DNA of 64,000 nt, taken from assembly GCF_036321535.1 (NCBI RefSeq), contig NC_087436.1:65846001-65910000 (forward strand). The letters are read 5' to 3'. The stretch is from Camelus dromedarius (lineage: Eukaryota). Each line of letters begins with the position of its first letter. Positions within the stretch are counted from its first letter, which is position 1. Positions 37,560-51,821 of the stretch are shown one piece after another. A model generated the notes under the pieces. That model searched no databases, was not told the origin of the DNA, and saw nothing but the letters and a program-made list of their open reading frames with translations. The position numbers were made by a program, and so were the translations under genes.

Positions 37560-38720
37560 AGATAAACATTTAGATGGCATCCTCTCAGACCCTTCTTAAC
37601 CACTGTTTTCTCCCTCCTTCCAAAAATAACTAATATCTAAAATATAGTAATCCATTTCTTTCTTTCTTTTACATGTTGGTATCTAAAGCATGCATACTAG
37701 GTACTGTTTTGTAATGTTTTACAAATATAATCATATAATATTAGTTTTCTGTCTGGTTTATCTTCCACAGCATTATTTGAGATTCATTCTTGTCATTGCA
37801 TGTGACTGTAGTTTATCCACCTCCATTACAGCATAATACTCCATTTTATGAATTACCAGCCTTTATCTACCCAAGAAAAATGGATAACTGTGTTTTTTTT
37901 TCTAATTTTTACCCTTACAAATAATACTACTTTTAACATTCTTACACGTTTCACTATACACATGTACCAATATTTTTCATAAATATATAATGAAAGCAAA
38001 AATACAGGTTACAAGGTATGCACATTTTGAACTGTTAAAAGTAATACCAACTCTTTCCAAAATGGTATATAATTTGTGCTTCTACCAGCATTGTATGATA
38101 AATCTCATTGTTCCACATGCTTTACCAAAACTACATATTGTATTTGTGTATAATCTTTGCTATCCCCTTACAATTAATAAGGAAGGCTTCTTTTCAAGTG
38201 CTTTTTGGTTATTTCCACATCTACATGTTTGGAATGCTTATTAATATGTTTTTCAATCTTTGTACTGTATTTTTATTTTCATATTGAATTTTCCCCTTTA
38301 CTCATTGATTTAAGGTCTTTTTCTTTGTTCTGGATACAATTTCTCCATCAGTTATATTTGTTAACAATGCTACCTAACATTCTATAACTTTCATGCTTGC
38401 TTTAATGATGATATCGCATGAAAAACACAAATTATTCATTTTCATGTTGTAAAATGTATTCTGTTATGTTTATTATATTTATATTATATTTAAGATTTTT
38501 TAATTCCATTTCACAAATCATTAAAATATTCTACAATATTTACTGAGAACCATATAATCTTGCTTTCTGAATTTTAGCCTAAAATCTACAGAAATTGATT
38601 TTTTATTTATAGTATGTTATAGAAGGTAAATAACTATTTTTTTATCTATCAAATTACTTTACCATAATTTGTTGAAAAGACTATCCTTCCCACATTTTTC
38701 TTTAGTGCAATTTATAATCT
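37560..38720 (-). mobile_element. Ancient L1 (L1ME-like) remnant
   Basis: tttgagattcattcttgt, accagcattgtatga...ttgttccacat, atttgttgaaaagactatccttccc. Confidence 0.7.
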
Positions 38721-40174
38721 GTCTTAATTTACAGCGCTGCATATATTTATATAAATATATATAAATGTTTGTGTACATATACACACAAATACATGTTTGT
38801 ATGCATGTGTGTATGTATATATAATAACTAGCACATTATTTACAAGTTAACTGTGAAGAAAATATTCTAATATATTAATATTACAACAAAAAATTTCATT
38901 TCTAAACCTAGTTGGACTTTAAAATTTTGATGCCTCAAAACTACTTTCCTTCCTAATATGTATGAAATTAAAAGTTTCTAAACTTTGTCGATGAAGCACA
39001 GCTCTACTTGAGCAGACAGCTGAATGAATTATTTTTGTTGACTGTGTAGCCTGAGTGACAATTCTCACAAATCTATAGGATTTGTGGCATTTTCTGACAT
39101 GTCCTACTTATTGCTGAATTTACTAGGCCACTCTGGGAGACTGTTTACTAAATTACTAAAAGTATCTCTCATAATTCCTGAGGGTTTACAAAAATTTATT
39201 TGCTTCATATGTAGAGTCAGAATAGTAAGTGATATTCCTAAACACTTCCCAACTTAACATTTAATGACTCTTAAAACATGAATAAAAGAGGTTTCTACAC
39301 TATTTATTATTCCATAGTTCTACTTTGTTTTCAATGGTAATTTTACCATTAATTAAAGTAAGTATTGGTAGTAGGTGTAAAGTGATAAATTCATCACTGC
39401 TTTTCAAATGGAAAAACATGCCATCAAGGAATTTTTTTTTTTCAGTTTTTGGCATGGGGGTGGGTGGCTTAAGATACTGCATTTGCTTAGCATTTATTGG
39501 TTACTAAAACAAAGTTTGGATTTCACAGATATTAGATGATCTTTGACTGTAAGTATAAGAAAGCCTCAAGATTGAGTATTAAGTGAAATCATAGCAAAAT
39601 AACCATGTAAAACAAAGAAAAAAAATTTCCTGTAATAGTATATCCTGTCAAATTGATAAATCTGTATGTGTGAATACATGTGTATATATATATTTTTTCA
39701 GGAGACTACAGAATTAAGAATCCAAAATTTCAATGTAGCACTCAAAGCCTTGAAGAAATTTACTGAAGATGAAAAAGAAATGTTTATGATAATTTGTAGG
39801 CCTTTAGTTGACTCTTATGTTACCTTGCGGGGTTCTTAAGCTATAAACATATTTAGAAAATGCTTTAAAATATCACATTTGTAACTAATAAGGTTGATGT
39901 TTGATGACTGAGTCCATGTTCTATTTAATTTTATTTTCTGTAGAATGATGTTACAGAACATGTACATAAGAAGTGCAAATTACTTGGCCTCTTTAAAATT
40001 TGTTATATCTTTGTCTATGCAGTGTTACTTAATTGAAGTAGACATTTAATTTTGACTTGATTTGAAATTCTAATATGCAACATGTTAGTTCATTTGCAGT
40101 GTGTTTCTATTGGTGCTCTCTGCTTTGTAATAGAAAGATAATAGAAAAGGGATAATTTATGTACAAAAATCTTT

Positions 40175-41580
40175 ATGTGCCTATTGGACACATATTTTTT
40201 GTGAGTGTTCAAAACTTTTCCCATTTCTTTTTTTTTTCTTTTAATTAAGAGTTATGCATTTCTTATGTAGCCTAGATACAAGTCACTTTTCACAGATACA
40301 CACTGTGAACATGTTTGCTAAAACTGTGGCTTGTCTTGATTTTTTAAAAAGTGTTTTCATAAAATAGGAATTTTTAATTTTGATGAAGTCCAATTTACCA
40401 TCATTTTCTTTTATGGTTTGTGCTTATTTTGAAGCATAAAATAGATTTTTGTATACTCAAAGTCACAGAGACATTCTACTGTTTCTTTTGGAAGATCAAT
40501 AATTTTAGCTTTTTCTATGTCTAAGTTTCATTTTGAATTAATTTTTGTGTATGGTGTGAGAAAAGCATTGTTTATTTATTTCTTTCTAAAAAGACATCTA
40601 GACTTTCCAGCACTATTTGCCTCATACATTTAATTACATTGAGACATATCAAAAATAATTTTCTTTATATATGAGAGTATATTCTATATTCTCCTTTCTG
40701 TTCTTTAGGCCAATAAAACACTACCATGATTATACCATTCACAGAGAGTCTTGAAATCATAAGTATAAATGTCCCAACTTTGTTCATTTTCAATATCATT
40801 TTCAATATCATGGAGTCATAAATTTTGGACTCATCTTTTCAATATCTATAAAAGAAATGGTGGGATTATTCTGAATCTACATGATAATTTTGGGAGAATT
40901 GGAATCTTAACATCAAATCTTCTAATCCAAAAATGTAATATACTTAGCCTTTTACTTCCCCTGTTAGGACTTGATTATTTCTCTCTAGAGATTAGCCCAT
41001 TTTTGTTAACTTTATTTCTATTTCATGTTTTAATGCTATTAAATGGTATTTTAAATATGCATACTTTCTAATTATTTATTTCTGATATACAGACATACAA
41101 CTGAATAGTCCACTGACCTTGAACCCTTAAAAGTTTCTAAATTCACTTATTATTTGTAGTAGCTATTTTGTAATTTCCTTAGACATTTCTGGAAAAATCA
41201 GGAAACATGTCATCTATGAACATAGAGAACTTTGCTTTCCTGTTCTAAAAAGCATGCTTTTAATTCCTTATCCTTGTTTCACTTTGCCTCCAATCCAATG
41301 CCTGGCATTTCCAGTAAAAGTTAAATAGAAATGGTGAAAGTAGTCATCTTTGCCACTTTAGAGACTGAAGATTTATGAGATTCAATATTTAACCATTAAG
41401 TTTTATTTAACTGTATATTTTTTGTAAAGGGACATCATAACATTGAAAAATTACCTACTATTTCTGATATGTGGAAAACTTTTTATCTTGCGTAGATTTT
41501 TTTTTTGTAAATGCTTTTTATGCATCCATTGTGATGATGGTATGGTTTTCTCATTCATACTGCTAATATGGTAAATTATG
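40175..41580 (-). mobile_element. Old L1M ORF2 remnant
   Basis: ttttaattttgatgaagtccaattta, attttgaattaatttttgtgtatggtgtgag, tttgggagaattg. Confidence 0.8.
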
Positions 41581-42200
41581 TAATTTATTTATTTTTAAGA
41601 GGACTTTAGTAGAAAAATTTTAGATTCACATCAAAATTGAGCAGAAGGTACAGAGATTTTCCATATACTCCCTGATCTCACACATATACAGACTTCCTCA
41701 GTCTCAACATCCCACACAAGAAGAGTGTTACAGTTCTGTTACAACAGATGAACCTACACCAAGGAACCTACATTTGATGAACCTACATTGATATATCATT
41801 ATCATAATCAATTCCACAATTTACTTTAAGATTCACACCTGGTATTGTACATTCTATGGGTCTTTACAAATTTATAATCACATGTATCCACCATTATAGG
41901 ATCACACAGAACAGTTTCAATATTCTAAAACTCCTCTCTCCCTTTCCCAACCACTGGAAATCAATGATCTTTCTATTGTATTCATGCTTTTGACTATTCC
42001 AGAATATCATATAGCAGAAATAATACAGCACGTAGCCTTTTTGGTTTGGCTTCTTTCACTTAGTATGTGCATTTAAGGTTCTTCTATGCCTTTTCATGGC
42101 TTGATAGAATATTTCTTTTTAGCACTTAATAAAATTGTATTGTCTGGGTGTACCATGATTTATCTATTCATTCACCTACTGAAGGACATCATGGTTGCTT
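41581..42200 (-). mobile_element. L1MB/MC-like 3' end
   Basis: tttagattcacatcaaaattgagcagaaggtacagagattt...gatgaacctacattga...attcacctactgaaggacatc. Confidence 0.85.
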
Positions 42201-42224
42201 CAATATCTAAGTGTTACCATACTC

Positions 42225-42430
42225 AGAAACATCAGGGGAAAGGGGGGTGCTGGCTAAGCCAACCTGACAGGATTCTTGCCAGAGACAGGTCAAAGTGAAC
42301 AGATATCACAATGTGCGTGTGAGGAATGGGGAATTTGGTCAGATATCTATTGAGGGTGATCAAACATCTATAGCTCTCTCTAAACTGATTTAGCAAGATT
42401 CTTGCTACAACTGGGCATTTTAGGCTCAAC
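42225..42430 (-). mobile_element. ERV1-class LTR fragment (MER31/MER67-like), followed by a MaLR tail to ~42540
   Basis: Repeated gattcttgc and cagatatc motifs; then agaaataaagttctgttgcattaagccact. Confidence 0.55.
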
Positions 42431-43106
42431 AAAGACAAATAAAGGTAGCTAGAAATAAAGTTCTGTTGCATTAAGCCACTAGCATCTGAAAACTGGTTGC
42501 TAGAGTTAACATAGCCTGTAATATTCTGACTGATATACTAATATATCAGAATATTTATTGATTTACTTTATTTGCATTCTAAATATACAAATATATACTT
42601 CATGAAGTCATAGATTTTTTTCTGTAGATTCATCTTATATTTACAGTATTAACAAATCTGACATAGTATGCACTCCATAAATATTTGCCAAATGAATGAA
42701 TAAATTAAGACATGGTCAGACATTTCCTTAATTACAGGAACAAAGCCAAATATTTAATTTTAGGGAAGTTTTAAATTTGGAAGAGATTACATTACATTGC
42801 TTCTGTTTCCTCAATGAAAGAAAGAGAAAGATCTTTACTAAATAAGGAGTTAAATAAATGGTTGTTAATTGTATGAATAATTTGATAAACATAGTAATAT
42901 ATATTTATTCATACTTCTAATATTGAAAAATATCTAGAATTTAGTAAAAAACAGGTAAGGGTCTAAAACTACTTGATAAAGTGATATAATGAAAAGCAAT
43001 GAAAGCATACAATTTATACTTTAAATAAATTACCCAACTTCATTTTATGTGAATGTGTGATGAAGCATAAGCTATCAAAGTTTGCACTTCCTACAGTTAT
43101 CTCTCC

Positions 43107-43111
<5 letters not shown>

Positions 43112-43166
<55 letters not shown>
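43112..43166. repeat. Perfect (TA)27 microsatellite
   Basis: Directly visible. Confidence 0.97.
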
Positions 43167-43167
<1 letters not shown>

Positions 43168-44069
43168 CGAACAGTGATTTAGTAACATAGATGTATTCAC
43201 CTAATCCATTTCTTAAGGCTTATAAACATCATTCATTCTCTCTGAAGAGACAGGGTAGTTTTCATTAATGGAGCAACATCTGTTCTTTCAGAAGTAAATG
43301 AGTTCCCTGAAGGACAATTAATAAAAAATATTGCCACTAAACACAGCTGGTAAATTGTTAATAAAAATATGACAAATTAAAGGGAAAATAACTGCAGATT
43401 CAATAAATATGAACATAATAAAGTATATAAATATCTTTTTTCTTATAAAGTCAATTGAACTAGAGTTTTTAATTTTTAACATAGATGTATCATAACTTTC
43501 AATAATAGCATTTTGATGATTGGAACCAGAAGTACTCAGTATCATTTTATAATTGCAAAATGTAAGGTGTTAGATTTTATAACTACAAAATGTAAATTAA
43601 CAAATTAAATATTGATGGCATAAAAAGCAGTTTAACTTAATTGAGGGTTTATGTATTAGAAAAAAAATATCAACTGAGATCCTCTTAGGTACATTGTGGT
43701 AAGTGGCAGCAAAAAGTATGATTAATTGAACAAATACAAGCCACTTATCTCTATGTTTACTTCTTTGCTATCTTTCTACTAATGTAAACAGAAATAGAAA
43801 ATGAATTTTAAAAAAAGAAAATGAACTTGACCGGGTCCTGTGTGAAAGGCTTTGACTATTAATCTAAAATATTATAATTAATTTGTTAATCTACTTTGGT
43901 CACTGAAGATTTTGAACAAGAATTTAAAGCAATTAACAAAGTGCTGGAGGAAAATCATTTGCAGAACTATGTAGGAAGAACTGCACAGAATAGAAGGGTG
44001 AAAAGAACTGGGCCAGCTATTTTAATAAACTTAAAATTTCACTTTCAGCCTCATTAACTAAATTTAAGG

Positions 44070-44175
44070 CAGTGTTTTTTAACCTCAGTGTCCTCAACAT
44101 CTGTACCAGAGAATCCTTTGTCGGGAAAGAAGGTGATTTCCTCTTAATTGCCAAATGTCCCCATGGGTTCTCTGT
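44070..44175 (-). mobile_element. MER20-like fragment with internal deletion
   Basis: cagtgtttttaacctcag...ttgccaaatgtcccc. Confidence 0.45.
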
Positions 44176-45164
44176 CCAGGTGGGGCTTGGGAAAGCAAAG
44201 TTGCCTACAGCTGGAACCACCACTATTTTACAGTGAAAAATTGTTCGATATATGTTCTTCCACAATTTCAAAATTCCAATTGTTAAGGATATATAACTAA
44301 GAAGGAAATGCCACCTTTTAACTTATCTTTTTCATTTACAGGATATCTTAAATGCTACTTCTTTGGAAGTCTTCTGAAAATTGTCACATTGGAGTAAATT
44401 GTTAAATTGCCTTCTGTAACTATTTTACTCTTACATTCTGTTGTAAGAGTTACAACTCATGGCAGCTTTTAAAGGATAAGATCATATTGTATTCATCTGC
44501 CTTACAAATATATTTATCACAGTGTCTGAATACAGTGGTGACAACAACATACATTTGTTGAACTGAACAATAATGAAAATTTAGAAAAACAGAGAATAAT
44601 ATTTATAATTTTTCCCCATTATCTGTGTTTCTGAGAAGTTCACTAATGGTCAAAGATGTTAAATATTGTTCTGGCTGTACAAATCTGGTGACTGAGACAA
44701 CAATATATAAGGCAATGTCCATACTGTTTCTGTGTTCTCAAGACAGACACAAATCCCTTGTTTTATTCTTTTATCATTTTTCATCTTCCACATTCAAGAA
44801 GGAATCGTATATATATTTTCTAAGTATATATGAAATTTATCCATCTATGTCTCTTAATTGTCAAAAACAGTGTTTAATCCTGGGCATTGCATACTCCCAC
44901 CCAGATTAGTGCAAGTATATCCTAATGGGTACCCTTGCCTCCAGGCTTTCCATGCTTCTTGTTGCATCCAAGTGAGCATTACATGCATGAAACCATTCTC
45001 TAGCTTTCCAAAAACTTTGGGATAAAATATAAACACCTTTGTATGACTTAAAATGAGCCAATTTACTTGTATATTTCTACAATTCACATCTGCCATTCCC
45101 CATCTGACATTCCGTGTTCCATTTTTTTATATAATCATATTTTATCATGTCACATAATTATTTC

Positions 45165-47122
45165 TTTTTTGTGGTGGGAATAATTAAGATCTAGTCTTTT
45201 AATATGAAAATGAATATATGTATGTATATGCATGACTGGGACATTGTGCTGTAAACCAGAAATTGACACATTGTAACTGACTGTACTTGAATTTTAAAAA
45301 AAATCTAGTCTTTTAGCAAGTTTCATATAACATTATTGTCTTATATTTACTATACCATGCATTAGATCTGCAGGACTTATTTATCTAATAGTTGCAAGTC
45401 TGTACCCTTAAACAACATCTCTCCTATTGCCCCACCCCAGCTTCAAGCAACCAGCATTTTACTCTGTTTTTATGAGTTCAGCTTTTTTAGATTTCATATA
45501 TAAGTGATACCATAAACAGTATCTGTCTTCTCTCTGATTTATTTCACTTAGCATAATGTCCTAATGGCCCATCCATGTTGTTACAAATGACAGGATCTCC
45601 ACCCTTCTCACAGCTGAATAATATTCCATTGGATGCATACACCAGATCTTCCTTATCTATTCATTCACTAATGGGCACTTAGGTTGTTTCCATATCTTGG
45701 GGTTTTTTTGCATTATGCTGCAATAGACATGGGATTACATATATATCTTTGGAATCCTGTTTTTATTTCTTTTGAGTATACAAGTGGAATTGCTGGATCA
45801 TATGATAGTTCTATTTTTAATTTTTTGAGGAAACTCCATACAGTTTTCCATTGTGGCTGAACCAATTTACATTCCCACTAACAGTTTATAAGAGTTCCTT
45901 TTTTACACATCCTCACAACACTTGTTACGTCTTGTGTTCTTGTTGATAGCCATTCTAAAAAGTGTGAGATGATATCTCTTTGTGTTTTTCATTTGCAATT
46001 CCTTAATGATTAGTGATGCTGAGCATCTTTCCACATGCCTATTGGCTATTTGTATTTCTTCTTTGGATAAAAGGGCTTGTTCTCCTGCCCTTTTTTCCTT
46101 CCAGTTTTATTGAGGTATGAGCACTGTATAAGTGTAAGATGTGCAGCATAATGATTTAACTTACATACATCATAAAAGGATCATCACAGTCAGTTTCGTG
46201 CATATCCATCATCTTGTATAGGTATAAAACTAAAGAAATAGAAAATATTTTTTTCCTGTGATGAGAACTCATGATTTACTCTCTTAACCATTTTCATATA
46301 TAACAATACAGCAGTGTTTGTTATATTTATCATGTTGTACATTATATCCCTAGTGCTTACTCATCTTGTAACTGGAAGTTTGTATCTTTTGATTGCCTTC
46401 ATCAAAGTCCCTTTCTCCCACATTCCTCCTTTGATAACCACAAATCTGATCTCTCTATGAGTTTATTTTTTTTGTTTGTTTTTGAAGAATAATTAGCCTA
46501 TAACACTATGTCAGTTCCTGTTAAACAACATAGTGATTCAATACTTCTATACATTTTGAAGTGATCACCACAATAAGTCTAGATACAATATATCACCATA
46601 CAAACTTTGTTATATGTTTGTTATTTTTATTTATTTTTTAAATTGCACATATAAGAAAAACCAAACACCATTTATATTTCTCTGTCTGACTTATTCCTCT
46701 ATCTGTAGCTTTGTAGTAAAGTTTGAAATCAGGGAGAGTGACACCTCCAGCTTTTTCTTCTTTCTCAAGGTTGTTTTGGCTATTCAGGGTCTTTTATGTT
46801 TCCATACAAATTTAAAAATTATTTGTTCTAGTTCTGTGAAAAATGCCTTTGGTATTTTGATAGAGATTGTGCTGAATCTTGGGCAGTGTGGTCATTTTGA
46901 CAATATCAATTGTGAGTCTGTCTCTGTTTTGTAAATAAGTTCATTTATGGGTTTTTTTTTCTTTTTTTAGATTCCATATATAAGTGATAGCATATGGTAT
47001 TTTTCTTTCTCTTTCTGGCTACTTAGTGTGACAACCTCCAGGTCCATCCATGTTACTGCAAATGGCATTATTTTATTATTTTTTAAGGCTGAATAGTATT
47101 CCATTGTGTGTGTGTATATGTA

Positions 47123-47153
<31 letters not shown>

Positions 47154-48880
47154 ATACATATATATATACCACAACTCCTTTATCCAGTCATTTGTCAAAG
47201 AACATTTAGGTTGCTTCCATGTCTTGGCAATTGTAAATAGTGTCGCTATGAACATTGGGGTGCATGTGTCTTTTCAAATTAGAGTTTCCTCTGGATATAT
47301 GCCCAGGAGTGGGATTGCTAGATCATAGGGTAAGTCTATTTTCAGTTTTTTAAGGAATCTGCATACTATTTCCATAATGGTTGCACCAAACTACATTCCC
47401 ACCAACAGTGTAGGTGGGTTCCCTTTTCTCCACACCTGCTCCAGCATTTATCGTTTGTGAACTTTTTAATGGTGGCCATTCTGACTGGTGTGAGGTGATA
47501 GTTTTGATTTGCAATTCTCTGCTAATTAGCAATATTGAGCATTTTCGCCAGTCTTACAGTTTTCATAGTGCAGGTCTTTTACCTTTTTAGTTAGATTTAT
47601 TTCTAGGTATTTTATTCTTTTTGATGTGATTATAAATGGAATTATTTTCTTAATTTCTCTTTTTGATAGCTCACTGTTAGTATACAGAAATACAGTAGAC
47701 TTCTGTATATTAATTTTGCATCCTGCAGCCTTACGAAATTCACTGACAAACTCTAGTAGTTTTCTGGTGGCATCTTAAGATTTTCTACGTATAGTATCAT
47801 GTCATCAGCAAACAGTGGCAATTTCACTTCTTCCTTTCCAGTTTGGATTACTTTTGTTTATTTTTCCTGACTGATTGCTGTGACTAGGACAACAAATAGT
47901 ATGTTGATTAAAAGTGGCAAGAGTGGGCATCCTTGTCTTTTCCTGATCTTAGAGGAAATGCTTTTAAACTTTTCACCATTGAGTATGATGTTAGCTATAG
48001 GCTTGTCATATATGGTCTTTATTATGTTGAAGTATGTTCTCTTGTATGTTCTCTCTTTACCCAATTTGTTGAGTTTTTATTAGAAATGGATGTTGAATTT
48101 TGTCAAAAGGTATCTCTGCATCTATTGAGATAACAATATTATTTTTATTCTTTGATTTGTTAATGTAGTGTATCACATTTACTGATTTATAGATATTATA
48201 AAATTTTTGCACTCCTGGGATAAAACCCACTTAATCATGGTGTATGATTCTTTTAATGCATTGCTTGATTCAGTCTGCTAGTATTTTTGAGGCTTTCTGC
48301 ATCTATGTTCATCAGTGATACTAGTTTGTAATTTTTCTTTTGTGATATCTTTGGTATCAGAATGGCTCATAGCATGCATACAGAAGCATTCCTTCCTCTG
48401 CAACTTTTGAAATGGTTTGAGAAGGATAGGCATTAACTCTCCTCTAAATGTTTGGCAGAAATCACCTGTAAAACCATCTGATCCTGGACTTTTGTTTTTT
48501 GGAAGTTTTTAAAATTATTATTACTGATTCAATTTCATAACTGGTTAATATTTTCTGTTTATTTCTGGTTCAACCTTGGGAGTTTGTATGTTGCTAGGAA
48601 TTTGTCCATTTCTTCTAGGTTGTCCATTTTTTGGTACATAATTGTTGATAGTAATCTCTTAAGATACCTTGCCCATTTTAAACCAAATTGTTTGGCCTTT
48701 GTGTTTGTTTTTGGTGTGTATGGTTCTTTATATAGTTTGGATATCAACCCCTTATCCAGTATATGGTTTGCAAATATTTTCTCCCATTCTGTAGGTTGCT
48801 TCTTCATTTTATTGTTTCTTTTTATGTGCAGAAGTTCTCTGATGTATTCTTGCTAGTTGATTTTTGCCTTTGCTGTTTAA
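45165..48880 (-). mobile_element. Nested L1 cluster: L1MA9-like host (45165-46090 and 48662-48880) interrupted by further L1 sequence
   Basis: Host breaks at ...ctgcccttttt and resumes at ...ttgcccatttt; inner tail 46091-46690, ORF2 pieces 46700-46910 and 47548-48661, younger piece 46911-47546. Confidence 0.85.
45202..45302 (+). mobile_element. ~100-bp L1 3' tail with 13-bp TSD
   Basis: atctagtctttta at 45189-45201 and 45303-45315; tgactgggacattgtgctgtaaaccagaaattgacacattgtaactgac. Confidence 0.92.
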
Positions 48881-48914
48881 TATAATTTTTGGGATCTTCA
48901 GCCTTATATATAAT

Positions 48915-49225
48915 ATATACCTTCTGTCTGAAACATTACCCTCTCTCTGACCACTGTTTCTTCTAGATAACTCCTATCTACTTCATGTCCTCAACTTAAA
49001 TATTAGTTTTTGAGGTAAGCTTTCCTTGACCATTATTACCAGGTCAGCTGCCAATGCTTAGTATTTCACATATCATAAATTTGACACAGTGGTACAATTT
49101 ATTGTTTAATTGTCAGTCTCTTTACACTATAAATTCAGAGGGCAGAGCCTCTTATTTCCTTTTTTTGTAATCTAGTCTCCTGGCACCTGCTCAATTCTCT
49201 TTGACTCATAAATAATAGCATTTAC
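48915..49225 (+). mobile_element. L2 3' fragment
   Basis: ccttctgtctgaaaca...aagctttccttgacc...actataaattcagagggcagag. Confidence 0.6.
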
Positions 49226-50024
49226 TGATAACAATAAAAAATCACTTGTCATTTGTCACACACTAGGCTAAATGCTGTGTATTCACTTTTCCAGGAAGAA
49301 ACTATTTAAAAAGAGTAAGTAAAATTTCCAAGTTCCAGATTCATTAAGTGGAAAGGATAAGGGTAAACACAAGATCACTTGTCCAATGTTGATACTCTAC
49401 CACTGCAACAGTTCTGAAATAATTCTGAGTAAGTCCTAGGAAGGGATTTATTTTGGTGTTGAATTAAGTGCTTTCAAATTTGCTTTTTCCCATGAGGAAC
49501 ATTCATTATTTCTAAATGATATTTTTAGAAACCTTCCATTCTCTTCATTGTACATTTTTGTTTAAAAGATACAATCAAATGATACTGATGTTTCTGTCTT
49601 CTATCTTTTGACATGCCGTTTTTATCAAATAGTGAACTCCATCTTTCTCTTTATTCTGACCATAGCATTAAAAACATTTTGTTCTGCTTATTATATTCCA
49701 TGAATCAATACATGTTTGAATCGTCTAACAATACCCTTCCTTGTTCAAACCACAGATTATTTTTAATGCAAATTAAATTATCTTACTTCCTACTGTTCTC
49801 TGTGTCTAGTCTAAGTGACATCATAAATTCTCTAAATGCTGACGAAATTTTATCTCAGAAACATTACTGTTTTGTGTTATCACAGTTTTGTTTTTAGGCT
49901 CCATCATTTTTTGATATGTATATATATTTCTAATTACTATTTTGTTATTTACTATTTTTGATTAATTATGTTCTTGAGGTTATCTCCATTGTATCTATCT
50001 AATAGAAATACAATATATTGGTGT

Positions 50025-50440
50025 GCTACTGCACATCTCTTCACAACTTCATATTTGGCAACATTATGTTGGTAACCTAAGGTCAGCTATGGTGGGAATG
50101 TTACACCAGGGAAACCAGCAGAAAACACAATTATTGCTTGATTTACAGTTTGTTACTTGTATGGGCTTAAGAAAGTGAGGGACAAAATGTTAATAATCCC
50201 TATGAACTTAAAAGTGTATCTTATTTGCAGCCATTAAGTTGTAAATAGCACAAAAACTGAGGAAATATTCTAGTATTTGAAAACTGTTACCTATTTTAGC
50301 AAAAATGTTGCTCATGTCACTGATTAGTGAAATAAGTTTGATTAGTAAGATAAATGAAAACATACATTTTCATTGTTAACAGCCTTTTCATCTTTTTCAT
50401 TAAACTAGATAACAGCCACATTACAACGGAACTCATTTGT
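50025..50440 (+). mobile_element. MER63-like (hAT-Blackjack) DNA transposon fragment
   Basis: cacatctcttcacaact...atggtgggaatgttacacca...cttaagaaagtga...aatagcacaaaaactgaggaaatattct. Confidence 0.75.
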
Positions 50441-50747
50441 GAGGTGTTAATACATTTTATTGTGTTATTTATTCAGTTAATTACCTATAAGAAAAAAAAT
50501 GTACCTATACATATAAACAGAAAATGTTACACACTGAGATAATTGACATCCCTGTTGAAACACATCTATTTATCCCTGGACACCAATTTAACACTAATTT
50601 TCCACAGAAGCAATGACATATTTTGTATTATTTCAGAATGCAATAGGTCATATCATTCTGTTGACTATGTTTATATGCAATAAGTGCACAGTATTGGCAT
50701 TTATCTTAACCTATACTTCTGGCTACCTTTTTACAATAACTTTCTAC

Positions 50748-51263
50748 TGTATCTGTGCTTGATTCTTCTACTGGTAGTCTGCATCCCTTTTCACTGCCTT
50801 CTATAGTTCAACTCTCTTCTCCCAAATCACATGAGCTTGAAAATTAAAGATTTCATTTTACAGACACCCTTGGTACTAAGAAGTAAATGTTGCTTAGGTT
50901 CTTCTAATGAAATGTATTTGTACTACTGTTGGAATGCAGAAATGGAGGCAATGGTGTCAAGTTAAAGTGCTGATGAATGTGTCTGAAATAAGTTAACCTC
51001 ATATCACACGGTCCTGCTACAGCTTCAAAGGGAGTTGTGGCATAAGCACCGGGATAGTGGGTGGAAGCAGCCAGTTTCTTATTTCTATATCACAAGACTG
51101 ATGATGTTATTTTAAAGTAAAATATCCAGGAAGTCTTCTCACAACTCTGATTTCTCCTCATCCAAACATTTTTATTATTTGGCATTTATTTTATTATATT
51201 AAATCCCTTCTCTTTGAACATCTAGAAAATTTTCTATTTCCTGATCTGAGCCTTGACTGTCAC
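50748..51263 (+). mobile_element. Ancient ERVL-class LTR
   Basis: Starts tgtatc; ends attaaatcccttctc...tttctatttcctgatctgagccttgactgtcaca. Confidence 0.55.
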
Positions 51264-51821
51264 ATTAAGAATCTATCATTTTTAATAATAAATAATAGAG
51301 TTTTAGAGAATATTCTGTGAATAACTGTCTCTAATTCTTAATGTATTAATATACAAAATCAAATATATTTGATGTTTGAAGATTTTTATTACAAATAATT
51401 TTGCTACCTCCTCTAGCAATTATAAGCTTACATCAGACGTCAGAAATAAAACATGATGAAAAGAGTTTTCCAGAAAAATGTTAATAAAGGAACATCTGAT
51501 GAGAATTCCTTTAGGGAAAAATAAACAAGGTATTTGGAAAAGGATAAGTTAAAGAGAAGTAGCTTGTAATTAAATATTAGGGAGCCATAGAGAATCTAGA
51601 CTGGAAGAAGGCAGAAAAGGATTAAAAAAGGAAGAGAAATGAAATGTTCAGATATTTAGATCTGAAAGTATTCAAGCTCCACATATCTGGACTATAGTTA
51701 AAATGTTTTGAGATCAACAGAGTTAGGACAAAAAGCATTTAAATTATCAGAAAATCCTAAAAATATTACTGAACCTCAGTCTGACTAATGAAGATAATTA
51801 CAAATTCAGTGTAAAGACACC

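Noticed and set aside
39702..39839. Possible exon after ttttttcag reading ETTELRIQNFNVALKALKKFTEDEKEM...
   Set aside because: No good splice donor, no recognisable homology and no partner exons; a TBLASTN or RNA-seq check could revive it
41747..41790. Three gaacctaca repeats
   Set aside because: Local slippage inside an old L1 3' UTR, not an array with spacers
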